A stretch of 64,000 bases of DNA from an uncultured Lachnospiraceae bacterium (GTDB lineage: Bacteria; Bacillota; Clostridia; Christensenellales; UBA1242): positions 8,438 to 72,437 of the forward strand of contig CAZZGZ010000003.1 in the NCBI GenBank assembly GCA_964653635.1, given 5' to 3'. The notes below the pieces were generated by a model. It was not told where the DNA came from and did not search any database. It saw nothing but the letters and a program-made list of their open reading frames with translations. The position numbers were made by a program, and so were the translations under genes. How positions within the stretch are numbered: the first letter of the stretch is position 1; each line of letters starts with the position of its first letter. Shown in pieces: positions 57,485 through 64,000 of the stretch.

Positions 57485-59539
57485 CTATTTTATTTTGTGA
57501 TTTTCACAATCCTTGTTCATACATATGATTTTTTCACCCTTACGTACAAGTGGCATATGACACTTTTCGCACTTATCTCCAGTTGGAATATCCCAGCACA
57601 TAAAGTTGCACCCCTCACGATCCTCACAAGCAAAAAAGGTCTTGCCTGTCTTACTCTTGACGGGGTAAACTTTCTTGCCACAATTTGGACATTTACCAAC
57701 AGGCTTAGGTCTTTCTGCCTCATATTTTTGAATGTTTTTACACTTAGGAAAATTTGAACATCCTAAAAACTTTCCAAATCGTCCTTCACGCAAAAGCATT
57801 TTTGCCCCACACTTATCACACACAATATCCGTTTCAATAGGTGCAGGTTTCATTGAGATATTGCTATCCCCTGCTTTTTCAAGTAATTCTTTAAATCCAT
57901 TCCAAAAACTTTCCACCACTTCATGCCAGTCCTCGTTCGTTTCAACAATATCATCAAGGCGGTTTTCAAGACTTGCTGTAAATTTGACATTTATAACCGA
58001 ACTAAAAAACTTTGCAATATAATCGGATACATTACGACCGAGTGTTGTCGGAACTAAAGCCTTACCCTCTTTCAGTACATAATGACGATATGGTAACACC
58101 GAAATGATAGAGGCATATGTTGCAGGACGTCCGATTTCTTTCTCTTCAAGTGCTTTTACCAGACTTGCTTCCGTGTAGCGTGCAGGTGGTTTAGTAAACT
58201 TCTGCTCACCCGTGATATTTTCACACTGTACCATCTCTTTTGGCTCAACGTTTGGTAAATTGCCCGCTTCCTGTTTCTCTTCATTGTACTCTTTATATAC
58301 CTTAGTGTACCCCGGAAAGAGCATAACTCGTCCTGTCGCTTTAAAACTATAATCACATGCACCGAGTTTTAAAGTCGTGCTTGCATATTGTGCATCTGCC
58401 ATCTGACTTGCTAAAAATCTCTCATAAATAAGTTTGTATAACTTGTAATTGTCAGAACTTAGAGAGTCTTTAAGTAATTCAGGCTTATACTTCATTGAAA
58501 TCGGTCTAATGGCTTCATGTGCATCTTGTGCAGATTTTTTTGCAACATATATATTTGGCTTTTCTGGTACATAGTCTTTTCCATAAGTATTAGATATATA
58601 TTCTAGACATGCCTTTTGTGCCTCAGCGGAAACACGAGTGGAGTCTGTTCTTATATACGTGATAAGTGCAATCTTTCCCTCTCCCGCCACCTCAACACCT
58701 TGATACAACTCTTGAGCGGCTGTCGTCGTCTTATTTAAACTCATGTTAAGTTTATTTAAAGCATCTTGTTGCATAGTCGACGTTGTAAATGGTGCAGGAG
58801 CATGTGACTTAGTCTTAGTCTTTTTAGCTTCCAAACAAACAAGGTTTTTTCCTTTAACACATTCAAGTATTTTATCAACTTCTTGTTTACTTTTTAGTTC
58901 GAGTTTTTTGTCCTTATATTTTTCTAGACTTGCCTTAAATTTTTCACCATTTTTTTCGCAAATAGCTGTTACAGTCCAGTACTCTTCGGGTTTAAAGTTT
59001 TCAATTTCTTTTTCTCTATCAACAACGAGTTTTAACGCCACAGACTGCACACGCCCTGCTGACAATTTTGGTGCAATCTTCTTACATAGAAGAGGGGAGA
59101 GTTTATATCCCACTATTCTATCTAGCACACGTCTTGCCTGTTGTGCATCTACAAGTTTTAAATCAATTGCTCTTGGATTTTTTATAGCATTTTGAACAGC
59201 TGACTTCGTGATTTCGTTGTACTCTATCCTGCACTTTTTGTCTTTTGGAATGCCTAGTACAGTAGCTACATGCCAACCGATTGCCTCACCTTCACGGTCA
59301 GGGTCAGTTGCAATGAGTATTTGTTCTGCCGTCTTAGCTTTCTTCTGCATATCGAGTATTAGTTGCTTTTTGTCTGGCATGGTCACATATTCAGGGTCAA
59401 AAGTCTGCATATCCACTCCAAAGGATTTTGCTGGTAAATCCCTGATATGTCCCTTTGTTGCAAAAACTTCGTACTCACTTCCTAGGTATTTCTTTAATGT
59501 TTCCCGCTTAGCAGGAGCTTCTATTATTACTAACTTCAC
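57485..59539 (-). CDS. topA: DNA topoisomerase I
   Basis: Toprim domain [15 protein letters not shown]...[11 protein letters not shown], active-site region YIRTDSTR, and C-terminal Cys4 zinc ribbons. Confidence 0.95.
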   Translation of the reverse strand: MKLVIIEAPAKRETLKKYLGSEYEVFATKGHIRDLPAKSFGVDMQTFDPEYVTMPDKKQLILDMQKKAKTAEQILIATDPDREGEAIGWHVATVLGIPKDKKCRIEYNEITKSAVQNAIKNPRAIDLKLVDAQQARRVLDRIVGYKLSPLLCKKIAPKLSAGRVQSVALKLVVDREKEIENFKPEEYWTVTAICEKNGEKFKASLEKYKDKKLELKSKQEVDKILECVKGKNLVCLEAKKTKTKSHAPAPFTTSTMQQDALNKLNMSLNKTTTAAQELYQGVEVAGEGKIALITYIRTDSTRVSAEAQKACLEYISNTYGKDYVPEKPNIYVAKKSAQDAHEAIRPISMKYKPELLKDSLSSDNYKLYKLIYERFLASQMADAQYASTTLKLGACDYSFKATGRVMLFPGYTKVYKEYNEEKQEAGNLPNVEPKEMVQCENITGEQKFTKPPARYTEASLVKALEEKEIGRPATYASIISVLPYRHYVLKEGKALVPTTLGRNVSDYIAKFFSSVINVKFTASLENRLDDIVETNEDWHEVVESFWNGFKELLEKAGDSNISMKPAPIETDIVCDKCGAKMLLREGRFGKFLGCSNFPKCKNIQKYEAERPKPVGKCPNCGKKVYPVKSKTGKTFFACEDREGCNFMCWDIPTGDKCEKCHMPLVRKGEKIICMNKDCENHKIK

Positions 59540-59552
59540 TTGTTTCTCCTTT

Positions 59553-60629
59553 TTAACACAAGGCTATTCTATTTCCCGCAAGTCTTTTTATTATGCCATT
59601 TATTTCTAAAGTTGTCAAATTTGTATTAAGATTTTGTGCATTTAAACCAACTTTTTGTGCTAATTTATCATATTCTAATTCACCACTTGCAAGACAATCT
59701 ACTATTTTCTGTTCATTTTCACTTAGTGCTAGACTTTCTTCTACTTTTTCAGCACTTTTAACAGCGATGTCTAAACGTGATAGTATCATCTCTGCATTTA
59801 ATACACAAATCCCTTCACCATTTGCAATAATAGAATTAGTAAGTTCACTGCGTATATTATTGATATTTCCTGGCACTGCAAACACTGGAATTAAACTATC
59901 ATCAGCATAGTTTTTAGTATATCTTGTCCCACTTTTAAGCGTTGCCTGAGTGATAAGTACTCCTTGCGAAATGTTAGCAACTATGCGATTTCTCATAGGA
60001 AATGTATATGGTGTCTGCTTAAAACTAGGATGATATTCAGACAAAAGCAACCCATATTTAGCAATCTGTCTTGCTAAGTCGAGATGAGCCGCAGGGTAAA
60101 TACTAAATAGTCCCCCTGCCAAAACGGCTATGGTTTTCCCACCGACTTCCAAAGCCCCTGTATGTGCTATACCATCCACACCAAGTGCTAGTCCGCTAAC
60201 TATGGTAACCCCTGCTCTTGCAAGCTCTTTTGCAAAACGGGTTGTAACGATTTGACCATAACTATCTGTATCTCTTGAACCCACAATCGCAACACATGGC
60301 GTTTTTAAAAGGTTAATATCGCCAATAAAATAAATTATCGCCACAGCTTCATCTATATACTTTAATCGCTCTGGAAATTCTGCACTATCATAGGTTATAA
60401 ATTCTATACCTTTCTCATACATTTTTGATAAAGTCTTATCTAATTTCTCTTCGCTAAATGCTTCTAACAACTTTTGCTCATGTGAGGAAAGTTTAAATTG
60501 TTCCACATCACACTCCAAAAAATTATCTATTGTCGCATTCTGCCCTAACTTTTCTACAATTTCAATGATTTTTTTCCCAGACATTTCCAAAGAGGAAAGC
60601 ATAAATATCAATCTTTCTTTTTCGCTCAT
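59553..60629 (-). CDS. dprA: DNA processing protein DprA
   Basis: VAIVGSRDTDSYG...VSGLALGVDGIAH...GTRYT, plus a C-terminal winged-helix-like tail. Confidence 0.9.
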   Translation of the reverse strand: MSEKERLIFMLSSLEMSGKKIIEIVEKLGQNATIDNFLECDVEQFKLSSHEQKLLEAFSEEKLDKTLSKMYEKGIEFITYDSAEFPERLKYIDEAVAIIYFIGDINLLKTPCVAIVGSRDTDSYGQIVTTRFAKELARAGVTIVSGLALGVDGIAHTGALEVGGKTIAVLAGGLFSIYPAAHLDLARQIAKYGLLLSEYHPSFKQTPYTFPMRNRIVANISQGVLITQATLKSGTRYTKNYADDSLIPVFAVPGNINNIRSELTNSIIANGEGICVLNAEMILSRLDIAVKSAEKVEESLALSENEQKIVDCLASGELEYDKLAQKVGLNAQNLNTNLTTLEINGIIKRLAGNRIALC

Positions 60630-60732
60630 ACAAGGCCATTATAACACAAAAAAAATATTTTTCAAATCAAACACACAAAAAAATGAAGAGTAATTTAAAC
60701 TAGGATATTTCAAAATGTTTACAAGTTATAAT

Positions 60733-60773
60733 AAAAAAATCTTACCGCCTACACTAAGTTACACGTAAGATTT
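60733..60773 (-). terminator. Intrinsic terminator after proS
   Basis: On the minus strand: AAATCTTAC...GTAAGATTT stem followed by TTTTTTT. Confidence 0.55.
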
Positions 60774-60782
60774 TATCATCAT

Positions 60783-62498
60783 TTATTGCCACTGCAATTC
60801 ACTTTTTATAAGTTCGGATACAAATGGCACAAGTTTTTCAAATGCCAATCTAAAAGTTTCACCATTTTTACGTATAGTAAGTTCCACTTCCCCAACCTCA
60901 ATCGTCTTTGGACTTACAACCACTCTTATCGGCATTCCCATCAGTTCGGAATCGGAAAGTTTGACCCCCGCCGAGACATTTCTATCATCAAATAACACCA
61001 TAATTCCCGCTTTTTCAAGTTCAACACATAGGTCATCTGCAATAGTTGCCACATTCAAATTATCATATCTAAGAGGACATAGATATACGTGCCAAGGTGC
61101 AATACTCATAGGCCAAACAAGTCCTTTATCATCAGAACTTTCTTCCGCCACCGACGCCATAGCTCTGCCAATACCAATCCCATAGCAACCCATAATAGGT
61201 TCTCTCATCTGACCATCAGGCATTTGTACACGTAGTCCCATGGTATGAGAATACTTCGTGCCAAGTTTGAAGATATTGCCAATTTCTATGCCTCGTTTTA
61301 TGGATAGTGGACATCCGCAATCTGGACATAAGTCACCCTCTTGAACTGAAGAAACATCGTCATATTTTTCAGGATTTATATCCCTTGACATACTAACACC
61401 GCTTATGTGATAATCCCTCTTATTCGCTCCCATCACAAAATTTTCAAGTCCCATTAAGGATTTATCATAGATAACTTTGACATTTGGTGCGTTAAGATTT
61501 AACATACCAATGTTGCCCGCAATCAGACTCGTGTTTTCAAGGTCACAAACTCCAACATTGCCACCAAGTAGATTTGTAAGTTTCACTTCGTTTACTTCAC
61601 GATCGCCACGCAAAAAGACGAGGTAAACATTTTCAGAATTCCCCTCTTTATAATATGCAACCGCCTTAGCCGTCCTAGATGCTGGTATGTTTAGAAAGTT
61701 GCACACTTGTTCTATCGTTTTAGCATTGCCAGTAAATACCTCTTTCATATCTTCCATTTGACTAAAATTGTCAAGTGCTTTCGCTGTTGCGACTTCAAGG
61801 TTTTTGGCAGTTTGACAATTTTCACAAACTATAATAGTATCTTCCCCCGCAGGAGTCAGAAGTTGAAATTCATCTGCACCAGCTCCGCCCATCATACCAG
61901 TATCACTTGCTACAGACATGAAATTTTTAAGTCCTATCCTTTTATATATACGTACATAGGCATCATACATCTTTTTATAATAGGAATCTAAATCCTCTTG
62001 CGAAAGGTGGAATGAGTAAGCATCCTTCATAGTAAATTCACGCACACGTATAAGTCCGCCACGAGGTCGAGGCTCATCTCTATATTTGGTTTGAATTTGA
62101 TATATCATAAATGGATACTGATCATATGACGTGGCAGTGTTTAAGCACGCCTGAACGGACGCTTCTTCGTGAGTCATTCCAAGCACCATATCATGCCCTG
62201 TTCGATCTTTAAATCTTAAAAGCTCTTTGCCTACACTTTTATATCTGCCCGAAAGTTCCCACATTTCACGAGGCATAACAACTGGAAAAAGAACCTCTTG
62301 CCCACCAACTTTGTCCATTTCTTCCCGAACAATGTTTTGTATATTTTGCACTACTTTTAATGCTGGAGGCATAAGGGTATAAATTCCAGCTGAGACTTGC
62401 TTTATATACCCCGCACGAATTAGATATATATGACTTTTTAAACTTGCATCTTTCGGTACTTCCTTAATTCTACGCCCTAACATTTTTGAGATGTACAT
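60783..62498 (-). CDS. proS: Prolyl-tRNA synthetase (bacterial type with INS editing domain)
   Basis: 571 aa. LIRAGYIKQVSAGIYTLMP, REFTMKDAYSF, and GCYGIGIGR. Confidence 0.95.
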   Translation of the reverse strand: MYISKMLGRRIKEVPKDASLKSHIYLIRAGYIKQVSAGIYTLMPPALKVVQNIQNIVREEMDKVGGQEVLFPVVMPREMWELSGRYKSVGKELLRFKDRTGHDMVLGMTHEEASVQACLNTATSYDQYPFMIYQIQTKYRDEPRPRGGLIRVREFTMKDAYSFHLSQEDLDSYYKKMYDAYVRIYKRIGLKNFMSVASDTGMMGGAGADEFQLLTPAGEDTIIVCENCQTAKNLEVATAKALDNFSQMEDMKEVFTGNAKTIEQVCNFLNIPASRTAKAVAYYKEGNSENVYLVFLRGDREVNEVKLTNLLGGNVGVCDLENTSLIAGNIGMLNLNAPNVKVIYDKSLMGLENFVMGANKRDYHISGVSMSRDINPEKYDDVSSVQEGDLCPDCGCPLSIKRGIEIGNIFKLGTKYSHTMGLRVQMPDGQMREPIMGCYGIGIGRAMASVAEESSDDKGLVWPMSIAPWHVYLCPLRYDNLNVATIADDLCVELEKAGIMVLFDDRNVSAGVKLSDSELMGMPIRVVVSPKTIEVGEVELTIRKNGETFRLAFEKLVPFVSELIKSELQWQ

Positions 62499-62500
62499 TA

Positions 62501-62719
62501 TTAAATCTCCTCCTCATAAGTTTCGCCAGAAAGACTCTTTTTTATTTCAAACACTTTCCCTGAAAAATCTTCTTGCTTTTTTTTAAGCAATAGAGCAAGT
62601 TCTTTCCCCCTTTGTAAACATTTTAAACTTTCATCAAACGTTATATCTGAGGAAAGCTTATTTATAATTTGTTCAAATTCTTGTATTGCTTCTTCGTAAG
62701 AAATTTCTAAATTTTCCAT
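62501..62719 (-). CDS. xseB: Exodeoxyribonuclease VII small subunit
   Basis: MENLEISYEEAIQEFEQIINKL starts at the ATG at 62719, which follows a TGGAG. The track start at 62782 would overlap xseA. Confidence 0.85.
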   Translation of the reverse strand: MENLEISYEEAIQEFEQIINKLSSDITFDESLKCLQRGKELALLLKKKQEDFSGKVFEIKKSLSGETYEEEI

Positions 62720-62738
62720 TTTTTCTCCATTTTTTTTG

Positions 62739-63917
62739 TTAAATTTTAGTAATTTTTTCAATTTTTGCATCAATTTTTGCAAAATTTGTAATAATTTTTA
62801 TTTTTTCGTCAACCTTGACATCCTGTATCGACTTGACTGGGAATTGATCTTTTTCAAGCTTTGCATAACCACGATCCAAAGTTTCAAGAGGATTGAGATG
62901 TTTAAATTTTTCAAGCATAATTGCAAAGTTAAACGAAAATTGTTGTGCCTTGTTTTGTACCACTTTTTCAAAATCTAAAAATAAAATCTTTTGTCTAGTT
63001 ATATCTTCCTTAGCACGATTTTCAAGTTGAAGTTTGAAGTCATCTATAAGTCTTTTCTGCTTTTCTAAAAATTCACTTTCCTTTGAAAAAAGAAATCTTT
63101 TGTAAGTACTATATAAAAGTTCAAATTTTTCTTGCCTTGCACTAAAATCTTTTGTCACAATCTCTGCCGCCGCAGACGGAGTAGGCGCTCTTAGGTCTGC
63201 CACAAAATCAATTATAGTAAAGTCCGTCTCGTGTCCTACTGCCGACACAATAGGTTTTTGACAATTATATGTAGCACGTGCAACAATTTCAGTGTTAAAC
63301 GGCCACAAATCCTGCAAACTACCACCACCTCGTGCGACAATAATTATATCAACCTTATCATAATTATCTAAAAATTCTATCCCTTTTGCTATCTCATTTT
63401 CAGCTAGATTTCCTTGCACTTTGACATCATAAAGGACTATATCTACACTTTTGTTTCTTCGCTTGGTAACATTGATTATATCACGTATAACCGCTCCCTC
63501 ACGTGATGAGACAACACCAATTCGCTTGATATCACTCGGAATTTTAATTTTATGAGTTTCGTCAAACAACCCCTCATTTTTTAGTTTTTCTTTCAGTTCG
63601 ATAAACTTCTTAAAAAGGTCTCCCTCGCCCGATTTTTCATATTTACTAACAACAAAATTAAAAATTCCCGCCTTGTTATAGTAGTTAGGTCTACCTGTGA
63701 TTACTACTTTTTCCCCCTCAGTAACTTCAATATCCATAAAACTTACACATGATAGACTCGCTTCACTATCTTTTACTTTAAAATAAACACTATTTCGTCT
63801 TTTTGAGACATCATAAACTTCCCCTTCGATACTTATATTATGAAGGAGTTCTTCTGCATCAAAAATTTGTTTGATGTAATTATTAAATTGTGAAACAGTT
63901 ATTGCATTTTGAACCAT
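62739..63917 (-). CDS. xseA: Exodeoxyribonuclease VII large subunit
   Basis: 392 aa. An N-terminal OB fold (ISIEGEV...VYFKVKD) and IGVVSS..GA..RDI. Confidence 0.9.
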   Translation of the reverse strand: MVQNAITVSQFNNYIKQIFDAEELLHNISIEGEVYDVSKRRNSVYFKVKDSEASLSCVSFMDIEVTEGEKVVITGRPNYYNKAGIFNFVVSKYEKSGEGDLFKKFIELKEKLKNEGLFDETHKIKIPSDIKRIGVVSSREGAVIRDIINVTKRRNKSVDIVLYDVKVQGNLAENEIAKGIEFLDNYDKVDIIIVARGGGSLQDLWPFNTEIVARATYNCQKPIVSAVGHETDFTIIDFVADLRAPTPSAAAEIVTKDFSARQEKFELLYSTYKRFLFSKESEFLEKQKRLIDDFKLQLENRAKEDITRQKILFLDFEKVVQNKAQQFSFNFAIMLEKFKHLNPLETLDRGYAKLEKDQFPVKSIQDVKVDEKIKIITNFAKIDAKIEKITKI

Positions 63918-63918
63918 A

Positions 63919-64000
63919 TTATTTATCGCTTAAAATCTTTGATAATGTACCATGAATAAATTTTGGACTTTTTTCTTCAGAGTAGGTTTTTGCTATCTCT
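63919..64000 (-). CDS. nusB: Transcription antitermination factor NusB, C-terminal fragment only (cut by the window edge)
   Basis: The reverse complement reads ...EIAKTYSEEKSPKFIHGTLSKILSDK*. This matches the NusB C-terminal (F[VI].G.L..I) pattern, and the nusB-xseA order is typical. Confidence 0.6.
   Translation of the reverse strand, partial: EIAKTYSEEKSPKFIHGTLSKILSDK

Overview
The window is AT-rich (roughly one-third GC by eye) and almost every gene is on the minus strand. The gene order is that of a low-GC Bacillota-type chromosome: pepF, an rluA-family gene, ynbB-like, miaA, mutL, mutS, miaB-like; then queA, ruvB, ruvA, ruvC, serS; then ftsY, smc, rnc, plsX; then nifU-like, nifS, trxA, tcdA, hslU, hslV, topA, dprA, proS, xseB, xseA, nusB. 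A Bacillus-type long SRP RNA and a tRNA-Trp(CCA) are present, and TGA is used as a stop codon, so the genetic code looks standard. Three accessory blocks interrupt this backbone. (1) A type II restriction-modification pair at 12.7-14.3 kb. (2) A 2076-aa gene at 14.7-21 kb encoding a subtilisin (S8) domain fused to BspA-type leucine-rich repeats. (3) A ~16 kb surface-protein island at 29.7-45.6 kb between serS and ftsY. It holds a XerS/XerC-like tyrosine recombinase, a start-less DUF285 26-residue-repeat ORF, a 3143-aa protein with about 30 Ig-like modules, and a diversity-generating retroelement (DGR). The DGR is the main finding. It consists of a reverse transcriptase with the IGNQTSQ and YMDD motifs, an Avd-like gene joined to it by an ATGA overlap, and a 129-nt Asn-codon-rich template repeat (TR). 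The locus is atypical in four ways. The order is RT-avd-TR-target. The TR runs in frame into the giant ORF. The only VR-like segment in the window lies near the N-terminus of the protein rather than at its C-terminus. That segment differs from the TR at 33 non-adenine positions as well as 16 adenine positions, so it is not a freshly homed cognate VR. A GC-rich hairpin sits 3 nt after the TR. Smaller oddities are a two-gene insert inside the ruv cluster, an IscU-like protein missing two of its three cluster-ligand cysteines, and a MiaB-like enzyme without a TRAM domain. All calls come from reading the sequence and recalling motifs; no database search was possible.
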